The translations under genes were made by a program, and so were the position numbers. From assembly GCA_964270895.1 (NCBI GenBank), contig OZ185437.1: a stretch of DNA of 64,000 nucleotides; one strand, written 5' to 3'. The notes under the pieces are model-generated. The model had not been told where the DNA came from. It saw only the letters and a program-made list of their open reading frames with translations, and ran no database searches. Origin of the DNA: Podarcis filfolensis (Eukaryota). Positions 1-11,619 of the stretch are shown in pieces (positions within the stretch are counted from its first letter, which is position 1; every line of letters begins with the position of its first letter).

Positions 1-94
1 AAGCTGGGAACTTGGGTAAAGGGAAAATTCCAGTCAATTGCAATCAAACGTTGATCATCATCAAGCTGTGGCAGTAAAGGCATCCTTAGTCTGT

Positions 95-485
95 TGTCCA
101 GCAGAGCTTTTCAAGGTAGTACAGGGCCTCTTACAACCTGACCCGAAGGAGGTGGCAGAATAAATGGTTGATTGCTGTGACTTTTATTGAGGATAAAATC
201 GCTTGCATCCAATGGGATCTTGATTCTGCTGTTGCAGTAGTTGAATCTCAAGAGGTGTCAAGAGTTTCAGTTAGTAAGATTTAAGGATGTGGACAAGGTG
301 CTTGGATGACCCAGGGCAACCACTTGCACCCTGGACCCTGTCCCTTAGCTGATTAAAAATTAGCAGGGAGCAGACAGCTTCCTGAGATAGGGAGATGATT
401 AATGCCTCCCTGTGAGAGGGGGTGGTCTCTTCCTGCTTGAAGGAGGCAATGGTAAAATGACTACTCTAGAAACCCTCCTTGGATT
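95..485 (+). mobile_element. Decayed L2-clade LINE ORF2 fragment, 5' part, interrupted by a Sauria SINE
   Basis: Conceptual translation gives FIEDKIACIQWDLDS (from 183), TTCTLDP and INASL*EGVVSSCLKEAMVK*LL*KPSLD, typical of the L2 pre-RT region. Multiple stops and frameshifts. Confidence 0.8.
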
Positions 486-486
486 T

Positions 487-864
487 GGGATGCGGATGGT
501 ACTGTGGTCTAAACCACTGAGCCTCTTGGGCTTGTCAATCAGAAGGTCGGCGGTTCGAATCCCCACAACAGGGTGTGCTCCTGTTGTTCTGTCCCAGCTC
601 CTGCCAACCTAGCAGTTCGAAAACACTCCAGTGCAAGTAAATAAATAGGTACCGTTCTGGCGGGAAGGTAAACGGCATTTCTGTGCGATCTGGTTTCTGT
701 CATGGTGTTCTGTTGCGCCAGAAGTGGTTTAGTCATGCTGGCCACATGACCCAGAAAGCTGTCTGTGGAGAAACGCCAGCTCCCTTGGCCTGAAAGTGAG
801 ATGAGCACCGCAACCCCATAGCTACCTTTGACTGGACTTAACCATCCAGGGGTCATTTACCTTA
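487..864 (+). mobile_element. Sauria SINE (tRNA-derived head, Bov-B-type tail), full length
   Basis: Head gggatgcggatggtactgtggtctaaacc with B-box-like ggttcgaatccc; tail tttaccttacc. Flanked by 9-bp TSD ccttggatt at 477-485 and 865-873. Confidence 0.92.
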
Positions 865-1030
865 CCTTGGATTCAGAAAATCAAAGTACCGGTAACTACC
901 AGCCGGTTGCCAATCCCCCCTTTTGGGGTAAGGTTCTTGAGTGGGTGATCACGGACCAGATTGGAGGAAACTGATTTTCTAGATCCATTTCAACTGGGGT
1001 TTAGGTCTGATTTTGGCACAGACTGCTTTA
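865..1030 (+). mobile_element. L2 ORF2 fragment, continuation after the SINE
   Basis: Resumes at the duplicated LD codons: LDSENQSTGNYQPVANPPFWGKVLEWVITDQ then LEETDFLDPFQLGFRSDFGT (the NYRP and QxGFR motifs of LINE RT). Confidence 0.82.
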
Positions 1031-1215
1031 GCCCATTTAGACTCAGAATTGCATGCATGACCTGACAACAGGTTTTTAAAGTTTTTACTTAAGACCCCAG
1101 GAAAACTCAGATGGGGATTCTACCCCTCACCTTTGGTAGTTGAGAGCCACTGCAGTCCCATGAATGGAGTTTGGGACTGAGATCTGGAAAACCAGATGAG
1201 CTGCACAGTGGACAG

Positions 1216-1217
<2 letters not shown>

Positions 1218-1275
<58 letters not shown>

Positions 1276-1291
1276 CTCTCTCTCTCTCTCT
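1218..1291. repeat. (CT)n microsatellite, one interruption
   Basis: Directly visible. Explains the RE-repeat ORF 1107-1313. Confidence 0.98.
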
Positions 1292-2069
1292 GGCTTAGTT
1301 GTTGTGAAGACAAAGAATGTAAAGATTGTAAAACATGCTGTACATAAAAAGCTTTACAGGTTATTATGATATAATTTCATACCTGTTGTTCACTTTAAGA
1401 GACAGATATTTGATCTGTAAGAGTTCTAGACACGTTGTACTTCTAAAACCACTTCTACCTGGTCCTTAAAATTGCATTAGAAATTTTGTCACTGTGGGAA
1501 GCAGGAAGACAATGTTGTGGCTTCTTAAAAATACGTAATATTTTTACCAGCTTTTCTAAGGTGTGCTGAATTGGTTTTATTTTAGTGTTGCTTTACTCTT
1601 TTATTGTATTAAAACCCTCCAGGGATCAAGGCTGAGCTGGCAATGATCTTATAAAATGAATAAAATAAATAAAGAGGACTTACTTCTGGGTAGACTTGTA
1701 TTGCACTGCACTGTAAAGGTGTTACTGGAAATTGCAGGTATGTGATGGATTTGGGCAAGCCCTGATCTGAAGTGACCTGAAGCAAAGTGCTTTGGAGAGA
1801 TTCTGAAGTTGTCTAAGATGAAGTGGGATCTGCTGGAGGCTTCCTGGAGCAAAACAGGGACCTACATAGCACTTCAGCAATTTGAACACCAAAACAAAAA
1901 ACACTCTACAAACAAGTTTCTACTGTCTCTTTCTGGACTGTACAGTGTTGTATTGTTGTACTGTGTATAAGCACTCAGAGATGTGAGTGCTATACTATAG
2001 AAAGAGAGTACCTATTCATCTGTAAGTTGGCAAGTTTCCTACTTAGGAGCACCTCTCTCATGTCTATTA

Positions 2070-2321
2070 CCGTATTTTTTGCTCTATAAGACTCACTTTT
2101 TCCCTCCTAAAAAGTAAGGGGAAATGTGTGTGCATGTTATGGAGCGAATGCAGGCTGTGCAGCTATCCCAGAAGCCAGAACAGCAAGAGGGGTTGCTGCT
2201 TTCACTGCATAGTGATCCCTCTTGCTGTTCTGAGATTCAGAATATTTTTTTTCTTGTTTTCCTCCTCCAAAAACTAGGTGCATCTTGTGGTCTGGTGCGT
2301 CTTATAGAGCGAAAAATGTGG
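2070..2321 (+). mobile_element. Tc1/mariner-superfamily (Tc2/pogo-like) MITE, short form
   Basis: Terminal inverted repeats (TIRs) ccgtattttttgctctataagac / gtcttatagagcgaaaaatgtgg; TA on both sides (2068-2069, 2322-2323); highly similar to 25310-25567. Confidence 0.88.
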
Positions 2322-4754
2322 TAGTTTTGTGATAACTATCCACTAAACTGTAGGGGATATTAAGTGAATCCATTTTTTTTAGCCAGCTCCAAACTCTAAA
2401 AATGGTCTTTGCAATAGCACTGCTGCAGCTATCCTTCTACCAAGCCTACAAATTTCATCAATTCTTTTTTTAAAAAGAAAATAAAATAAAAAATGCCCAG
2501 CCCAAACCCCCTGGACCTATTTGTAATTTGATAGGCATTATCCATTATCCACTCATGCTTGCAAATATCCAAACTACACCTGCAAATTTCACCCAGTTCT
2601 GTGCAAAGGTATGGTTAATAATAATAATACTTTCATTTCTAGACCACTTTGTAGTTTTAGGAAAAATCTCAGAGTGGTTTACAACACAATAAAATATATA
2701 GCCTTTAAAAAAATTCCTCATACTAGTGAGTGAGGAGGCATTAAACTCCATTTTTCTCAATTGTGATTTGGATTCAGACCCTGAGTCAAGTTGTCCAGAC
2801 TGAAGCATTTCATACTGTAGATGGCTATTTTCCAAAGGGGCAAATCGGAGTACAATAGTTGGTCCACCCTTACAGGAAATTGTCTCTCTCACTTAGGAGA
2901 GGTAATATACCTCAGAAAAACTATAGAAATGGCATGGTATAGTAAGTTCTTATCCTCTATCACAATTGATTAGTTGGTACAGGCTGTTTAACTGAATTGC
3001 TGAGTTTTTGAAAGTAAAGCATTATTTTATAAATTATGAAGGAATTATTTTAAATGGCTTCCTGACAAAAGTAACACAGGAAATGTAACATCCGTGCTAC
3101 CCTTTCAGGCTTAAGTAACTTCTTCTGCTTTCTATATTCATTAGCTCTCAAGTGTTTACACAGAGCTACAGAAAGCTAAAATTCAATATAGTTGAAATGT
3201 ACTCATTAAAAGTAGACTGGGTAAGAAAAACCTGGAGTTTGAGCTCAGATTTATTTTGAGTCACAGAAGAAAATATCACAGCTATGAGTCATCCGCGATA
3301 TACCTCCTCCTCCCTCTCACAAATCACTAACTCCAAAATCAAAACCTAGGAAGAAGATTGCTAAACTCTAATGGAACATCCTCTTTCTTGTCTATTGACC
3401 AGAAACTACTGGAAGCGGAGCTAGGGCTCTGGCCATACATTTCTTTTGATTTCTATTTCAGCATTATTTATATTAATGATTCTTAAGTTTGTAATTAAAT
3501 TCTTCCGATTCATGATTCAAAATGGAGCACACCTGAAGCAGTCTTATACCAAGTCATTGTATATGTTCATCCTGATGGGAAGAGATTTCGTTTTCTCCCC
3601 GTGGCCACTCAGAGCACATGAACTGACCAGGTTCAAAACCCAACATGTTGCAGTTATGTACCATCCTGGCAATCCCATTTAGATGAATAACTCAATATTG
3701 TCAGCAGCATTTCCTCTAGTAGACCCTGAAGTGCCTTATATCAGCTGTAATTTATTTACTTGAACAGGAATGATGAACCTGGGAGTACAGTGTTATATGC
3801 CCTTCCTCCAGGCATCTTTTAATTTGTGTGATCCAGGTTGGTTGCTGCAATCTAAAAGCTTTGATAATGCCCTGTTGTTAAAGCAAAACCCCATGTTAAG
3901 GCAATAGTGTTAGGCATCAGTTGACATGTTATTACCTTAGCCATCTGGAGAAAGGGGGAAATGTCCCCAGACATTCGCCTTTATATCTACACATTTGCAT
4001 CAATACATTCTACAGGGATGTGTTCTAGTACATAATGAACAGCATGCTACATTGGCATGATTATGTTCTCAACTAATAGTTTCGAAGTTCCTGTACTTGT
4101 TTTGCAGTGACTCTGGACTTAATAGTCTTATAAGGGTCTCTCTTTTTAGGGAGCAATGTGTCAATTATTTCCATTTGCTTCAAATTGTGGCAAGGCAGCC
4201 CTGCTGCATTTGGGGGCTGTCCTGCTGAGTGGGGTCCTTAATGGCCCCCAAAGTCTTCTCCTGATGGCACTACTCGTCAACCACTCCCCCTATCATTCCT
4301 CTGCTCCTACTTGTAGCCTGCCACAATCTCAGAGTCCCAGATGCCTCAGATAGCCCCTCCATGCTTCCTTCAGAAATAGGATGCACTCCCTTCTCAGTCT
4401 TGTTGTCAGACCAGAGAAGCCCTGCTCATCATGGGGTGGAGTGGGGATTAGATAACCCCACTTACCATGCTCCATGTTGGCCCACACACATTCCAGAGGC
4501 AGCTTCAGGCTTCTCCTCTCCTTCCTGTCCCTTTGCCTCCCATCATCTGAGGCTTATAAGCCACCAGCAGGAGTCTGGAGACTTCTGGATCCACCCTTAG
4601 CTTCCCACAGCCCATCCTGACTGATGTCTGGTTGGTTTACTTTTAGCAGCCTCTTCTCCACACAACTGCTTTTCATTTAAAGCAAAATGTTGGGAGATTG
4701 CCATATTGGTTCTCCTTTTGCAACGTTTGGTTTAGCCCTGATTTTTACTAGCTG

Positions 4755-4857
4755 TTTATTCTGAGTAAACGTGCTTAAGATTGCACTGAGCTTTAAGTCC
4801 CAGGGAGTTCAATATGACTTACTCCCATGGCAAGTACGTATAGGATTTCAGTCTTGG
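4755..4857. mobile_element. Short (~90-100 bp) non-autonomous element of the tgcaatcct...aggattgca family, decayed
   Basis: Ends aagattgcact and taggatttcagtctt; internal gagttcaatatgacttactccca resembles 50748-50831. Confidence 0.45.
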
Positions 4858-6364
4858 AATGATGAGAAATTATTTACCAACTAAGTGGTGCTCTAAATGA
4901 AATGTCACCTCGCTATAGAAGCTTTTTACACTAGAAACACAGTACTGCATAGTTGAGAAATCAATACTAGGGTTTTTTCCCCCCCTTGTCTTCTTCCAAA
5001 TGGGCATTGAATCTGTGCAACCATGTGATACTTTACAAAAATGCTGACAAACCTTCCTCTCCCCACCACCACTGTGAAGCATTCACATCTTAAGTGCACC
5101 ATAATAAAGTGCCGAAGTTTTCTTTTTTCATTTGTCAAGTAAAAAGCATATTTTAGTTCTTATTGCTCTTGGAGTAAAACAATAATTGATGAACACCAAA
5201 AGGGCTTTCTGGGGCATATTCTACATTTGACAAAGTCTAAGTAAGCTGAAGAAACCACAAAGGATATTGATTTTCCATGAAAGGGTAAAGACTGATCTTT
5301 CTTCATTTGAAATGGTCTGCTTTTTCTACCAAATACCACAAAGCAAATCCAGAGAATAAGGCTAAAGGACAAGAGAACAGCAGAGTAGAGAGGGTAAAAG
5401 ATGAATGATTTGGGGTCTAAATGACTCTGCTTGCCATTGTAATGCCAATTAGTGGAAGGGGGAAAAATATGTGGTTTTTAAAAAGCCCATTTAACAGGGA
5501 TAAGTAATAGGGGTGTTGCAAAACTGCCTTTGTATTCATACGGATTTAAAAAAATTAAGTGCGCCAGCCTAAGCCTTATATTCCCACAAAAATGTTGATG
5601 AGTCTATTGGTATTTGAGCAAAATCCATACTGTAATATGGACAGGAATAATGAGTATTAAAATGTCTAAATGCTGTTACGATATCCTACAAGCCTTAAAG
5701 AAATGTCTTGCCCACGACTGCAATCACTGCTATTCTGAGTTAATACTTTATTACTGTCCTTATAATCAGAGGACAAAATGACCCCTGTATATTTTTAGTC
5801 TAAGGTTAGTCAGTTTCATACAATACAGCTCCTTTAAATTGCTTTCTAGCAATGCTCCTTTTGATGGCTGAAGCACCGTAAAGCCACTCATTCTGTGGTT
5901 TGACCCTGTTGCAAGGAGGCTCTTCATGGCCGCATCTGAGGTTCCCAGCCTCAACTCGAGTAGATTAAAAGCTGCTTGTCATGTGAATAAGATATTACAA
6001 CTACTTATAAAGTGCTGTGATGTGGAAGCTGTCTTGGGTAGCCTCCACAGGGAGATATTTGCTTTTAAACCAGATCTTTCAAGACCGAATTGCTTTTATT
6101 CAAAGGAGGGTATTTCTTGAGTATGGCAGCAATCCTATATCCAATTTCATGGGAGTATGTTCCATGGAAAACAGTTGACCTATTTTTATTTCTAAATATG
6201 CATTCGTAGGATGGTGTTCAGATGTCCCATTTCCCCCCAAATTTAATCACACCTCCATGGCAATGTCCTATTGAAGGGATACATCTTGCCAAGATTATCA
6301 CACTTTTTATAAAGTGTGCTTCTAGTCTGTGAGAAAGCTACAGCACTTGCTCTATGTTGGACTA

Positions 6365-6618
6365 CAGTGGTACCTCTGGTTGCGAACGGGATCCATTCCA
6401 GAGGCCCGTTCGCAACATGAAAAGAGCGCATCCCACAGTGGCGCATCTGCACACGTGCGGGTTGCGATTCGGTGCTTCTGCGCATGACGTCATTTTGTGC
6501 TTCTGTGCATGCGTGAGCGGTGAAACCCGGAAGTAACCCTTTCCAGTGCTTCTGGGTCACTGCAAGACGTAAGCTGAAAGAATGTAACATGAAGCAAATG
6601 TAACATGAGGTATGACTG
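6365..6618 (+). mobile_element. Tigger/pogo-type MITE
   Basis: TIR cagtggtacctc / gaggtatgactg; TA flanks at 6363-6364 and 6619-6620; subterminal repeats aatgtaacatga x2; internal perfect 12-bp stem 6379-6390 / 6405-6416. Confidence 0.8.
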
Positions 6619-6631
6619 TATTCCCAGTGGC

Positions 6632-7036
6632 GGGGATGGGTGAATATGTCAATTTTTGCTTCTCATTTTCCCAGTTTTAAGTTCATTTCTCCACATTTCT
6701 ATATCCATTTGCTATTACTTTTTTAAGTCCTCATGAAAATTCACTCACACATTAGGACAAAATTCTCCTAACATACACATTTTGCAAAGTAATTTCCCCT
6801 AATGTAATGCATTTTTTTCTATGTTACTTTCACTTATATTTGTATTTTTATGCTTACTTCACACTAGTATGTGCAGTTTTGTACACATTACATCTGGAGA
6901 ACTGTATCACAAAATTTGGAGAAGTGCAATTTTCAAAGGATGGTTGTGTTTCAGTTCTTTCATTGTTTCGAAAAGTGTGAGTAAGATAGGTTCACCTCTA
7001 AATGTGAAACTCAGTCTAATATTTCCCACATTCCTA
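6632..7036 (+). mobile_element. Unclassified AT-rich ~400-450 bp interspersed element (gggatggg...catcccta-like ends)
   Basis: Similar to 9255-9541 and 13420-13852, and to the reverse complements at 25570-25934, 26150-26470 and 56900-57118. Confidence 0.65.
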
Positions 7037-8736
7037 CAGCTCCACAGGAATCCTACTGAGTGGTGGTTGCATTCTGGGAATAACTAGATTGGGGTTTTTT
7101 TAAAAAAAAATATTCCTTCATTAATTTGTTGGCAAACCATTGCTACTGGGTACATTGTGAAAGATGGTTTTTAGAGAGGACAAATCTAACTATTTTCCAC
7201 TTGTGCCTCTTTGGTATGTTTTTCTCCACAATTTTACTCCATTTCCACTAATTAATCTTTGAATGTTTAGGAGGGGGAATACTTCTAAATGCTATTTTAA
7301 ATTGTATCTAATACATATTTTAGCATGTATTTAAATGTGTACTATCTCTCAAAGCATGCATTTAAATGAGTATTTTGATATGCTTAAAACTGTGTAAACT
7401 GCATCCCAACATTTAGAGAAGTTCATGATCTGGTGGATAGCTAAGTTCAAGGTTATCAAGGGAATCTGCAAATGTCAAATTATTCAAGCACTACTAGCAG
7501 GATCACAGCATTTTAAATATGTTTTTCCCCCTTCAAGTTTATTAATCATTTAGGCTTGTTCCAGCAATAATCCAGAATGAGTGACTCTGCACCTCTGGCA
7601 ATATTTAGAAAGTTGTTTTTTAAAAAATAATTAAAAAGTTTAAAATGTCTCTCATTTTTCATGAACTTCTTTATACTTTTTTAAAAAGAGTCTATCTGAT
7701 TTGTGGTTTCAGTGCCTAGCCTTCAAGTGACCAACCCATTGCTCAATATTTGTTACCAAGTTACGTTGTGCAAACTTGGTAAGGCTTCCTGGCTGGTGGG
7801 TGGTTTCTATCTCACTTCATGAGATTTACAGATGGGTCATTAAGCTTCTGCCAATGTTTGTGAAAACCAAGTGCCGTGTGTTTTGTTAGCTAGCTGGTTT
7901 TTTTGCTACTGCTTCATGGACAGGGCTTAGCACAGGACAGGGCTTAGCTTAGTCCCATTTTCAGTGAACCTTGCAATGCAGAACTTCCTGATGGACTGTG
8001 CACTAGTTCAGTCTGTTTTAAGAGGAGGAGGAGCATCTATTTTTGCCCACCCATATTCATTTCAGTAAATTTCCCTGCCTAATGAAACAGTGTTCTTAAA
8101 TCAGTGTGCCCTCAAGCTTATCAATAGCCTTCTGGAATGGCTTTTATCCCTGCTTTGTGAAAACCATACAATTTAAATCCTAAACAGTGGTCTTTATAGT
8201 TTCAGAATATATAAATTTTACCTAAAACAAGAAGAAAGTCTGAATGACAAAGTCATTTAGATTCCAAGGACTTCGTTTGCTTTCTGAGACTGAAGAACAG
8301 ACTGCACTTCATGCTGTCATAATGTTTACAGGCTCCAGCTTAACACTTGGTAGCATCTGTTGAGTGCTTATGAGGATTTTCAAAGCTCTGCTCAGCCTTA
8401 TAACTGAAGTATCATTGATTTTATTCTTCGCATCACTCATTTTGGTACATTGTTTGTCTCTGGGTATATGTCTAGATCTTGCACTGGAAACACATGGGTA
8501 CCTTCATCAAAATATTTCTTCACGTAGGTATCAAATAAGTACCAAACATTTCCAGTTCATGTCACTTTTGCATGTGCTCAGCAAGCCCATTTTGTCCCAT
8601 TGCCATATTAATCTGGGAACGTGATTTTTTTTTTACGTGCACAAAAATCTTAATCTAAATACACAATTTTAAATATATTTTCTCTCAAAATGTGCAGTTT
8701 TTAATGTATTCTTATTGAGAATTGCATCAGAATATT

Positions 8737-8979
8737 GGAGAGCCAGTGTGGTGTAGTGGTTAAGAGCGATAGACTCGTAATCTGGGAAACTGGGTTTGCG
8801 TCTCCGCTCCTCCACATGCAGCTGCTGGGTGACCTTGGGCTAGTCACACTTCTTTGAAGTTTCTCAGCCTCACTCACCTCACAGAGTGTTTGTTGTGAGG
8901 GAGGAAGGGAAAGGAGGATGTTAGCCGCTTTGAGACTCCTTCGGGTAGTGATAAAGCGGGATATCAAATCCAAATCCAA
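8737..8979 (+). mobile_element. tRNA-derived SINE with L2-type 3' tail (family name uncertain)
   Basis: A-box-like gtggtgtagtggttaagagc; core gggtgaccttgggctagtcac; tail agccgctttgagactccttcggg...gcgggatatcaaatccaaatcc. 22-bp TSD ttgagaattgcatcagaatatt at 8715-8736 and 8983-9004. Confidence 0.88.
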
Positions 8980-9254
8980 TATTTGAGAATTGCATCAGAA
9001 TATTTGGGAAGTGCATTAGCTTTGCCCCTGGCTGCTTCAGGGATTGGAGAAAACCTGCTTGCACTCCTGCTCTTGCTGGCAATATCAGCAAAGCTGCTTA
9101 TTTATTGTATATGTAAGTTGCCACCTACACAGTAGCATTCCTCTGATTATTTGATAATAATACATAATCAGGATCAACTAATGAGTGATTGGTCAGCTGG
9201 CAATATTTTAACAGGTCAGTCGACCAACATGAGAACCCTGCAAGACAAATAGAC

Positions 9255-9541
9255 AGATGATAGACAAATGTGTGAATTTTGGTTACTCTCAGTTTATCAC
9301 TTTTTTTGCAATCCTAACTTCTGTTTCCTCATTGCCATTGCAATGTGGAAATGTATTATTTTAATGTCCATTTTTGTGCGAACTTCTCCTAAAACATCTT
9401 CATATGCAAATTCATCTAATATACACATTTTTGCAAAGCAATTTAATCTAATATATTGCATTTTGTATGTTATTTTCACAGACTTATATGTTTTTATCCT
9501 TCTTCAAAAGTGAACCGGATCCCATTTCTTCCCCATCTCTA
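9255..9541 (+). mobile_element. AT-rich interspersed element, internally deleted copy
   Basis: Shares ctaatatacacatttttgcaaagcaattt with the 6632-7036 family; ends ccccatctcta. Confidence 0.55.
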
Positions 9542-11583
9542 CAAGTCACGCCATCAAATGAAAATACCTGATTCCAAGGATGTTTATACAGAAACTGTGT
9601 TCTTATTATGCTATTAAGCTAAATGTATTGAGTTTTACACTAATAAATTTAGCTTTTAAGGAAAAATGCCTAATTTGCTGCGAAACATTTCTTTTAACAG
9701 GTGCACCTATTATTAGGAAGGTTGTCTTTTAACCCTGGCCCACAAGTGTTTTGAAACTAATGTTATTTAAATGGGTACCAGAGAGAGCATCTGCAAATGT
9801 AATGTTAATTCTATCTGCACTTATTGCTTAATTACCACACAGTTTTGCTCTCTAATCTGTAGTGCTGTCTGTTCTTCAAGGGTGGTGTATCTTCTTAACA
9901 GTTAGAAAATTATTGCTTTAAAAAGAGTGACTTTCAACTAGAATATAATTATCAACAAAACACATTAGTGAAGCCTTGCAACAGTAAGATCAGCTGTAGC
10001 ATTGGAAGCTGTTTACACAATCAAGCTATTCGTACCCACGGTGCAATATAAGGCTATGCTGAGCCCCCTGATCCAATTCAGGGCCTGATTCAGCCTGGGG
10101 CTGACCTGACCCAGTTCTGGGCCCTGAATTGATTTGAGGGGCGGCCCATTTCTTTGATTCAGATTTTAAACCCAAGTGAACATGCAGTCACAACAGGGTT
10201 AAGGAAGAAGGAGATTCAGCATCTCCTTGCCCTCATTCCCTCAAAAACCACATGCATAATTAGAGTTTTAAAACCCTAATGAGCCAGGGGCAGCTGGTGA
10301 ATGGAAAATACAATTCTGCTGGGTGATGCTTCAACTGTACATTCCCCATTGAGAAAGTGCTGGCAAATCAGACCTCTGTAGCCAGCAGGATTGAACCCTC
10401 CACTTAGTCAGCTGCTGAGCAGAAGTTTTAATCCTGCTCAGTTTGGCTGTACAGATCTGCTCCCCTGCTAGAAACAGCTGTGTGCAATCAAAGTGCAGGA
10501 CAGGGCTGTTTGAAAGCCCTTTTGCAAACAGTCCACCATCTGACCAACCCTGCCTTCTGACAGCCCCAGATCACTTTGAGTGGGCTAATACAACCTAGGC
10601 CAATCCAGAGCCATCTCAACCCAATCTGGCCCAAGCCTGGATCCCTCCCCTCCCCTCAACTGGCCTCAAGTAAAAGTAATGAATTCACATGAGCTTTATC
10701 CCTTCCCTGCTGTAAATTATCTCAGGCCTGTTAACTCATTTGAGAGAGACCCTTGTCCCATGCCACACCCACAGGTGCAGGGCTCCAATGCAGACCTGAC
10801 ATTATGATAGGTCGCATGTTATATTTATCCAGCCCATTAGATTCATTAGTGTACTGATGGAAATAAATGTTCACATTTACTTACTTTATAAATTTATCAC
10901 TTTATTATTTATTGAAAAAAACAAAGTGCTGAAGAAACAGTATTTAAAAATAGAACTACTACTTAAAACAATGAAAATATTTGCTGGGTTTTTAAACGTG
11001 TCAAAAGCAACTCGCTCTAAACGGAGTAAAGCCTTCTATATTTATGGATCATTGGCTACATAAATTGTCGCGGTTCCTCTGGAGCTCTTACGGTTTGTCA
11101 TTTCACTCCAGCCATTGAAACTGTCCTAAGCCTGTGTGCTTAAAATCCTCAATAACCTAGCGGGGAAATCACTGCTGCTTGCATTTGGCATATTGTTTTT
11201 AGAGTTCAGCTGCTTTGTCTTCTCTAATGCAAGGTGGGAAAAGATGAAAACAATTTCAGCAAACACTTTGAAAAATTAGGAGGTGGAACATCCTGATCAT
11301 TGCTCCCCTTTAAGTAGCTAAAAAGATGAAAACCTCCAGAATGGATAAGCAGAGTAGCTCAACAGAGAGGAACTGAACTAAATAAATCCAACTCGGCTGT
11401 TTCCTGCGAAGAAACAACACACCCCAGAGATTCTTCCCTGGCAACTGACAGACCCTTAACTGTTGAGATCAAAAGGGAATTGAAAACAAGCTATCTTTAG
11501 GGCAGCTTTATATATTTCTTGCCAGGACCGTGACCACTACCAAAGACCCTTTCTTTAAAAATAAGTTTTTCCTTTATAAGTAG

Positions 11584-11585
<2 letters not shown>

Positions 11586-11617
<32 letters not shown>
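11586..11617. repeat. (GT)n microsatellite
   Basis: Directly visible. Confidence 0.98.

Positions 11618-11619
<2 letters not shown>

Noticed and set aside
1107-1313. ORF with an RE dipeptide run
   Set aside because: Translation of the (CT)n microsatellite on the minus strand.
1481-1534. Possible exon NFVTVGSRKTMLWLLKN bounded by ttag and gtaata
   Set aside because: Poor polypyrimidine tract, weak donor and no recognisable protein.
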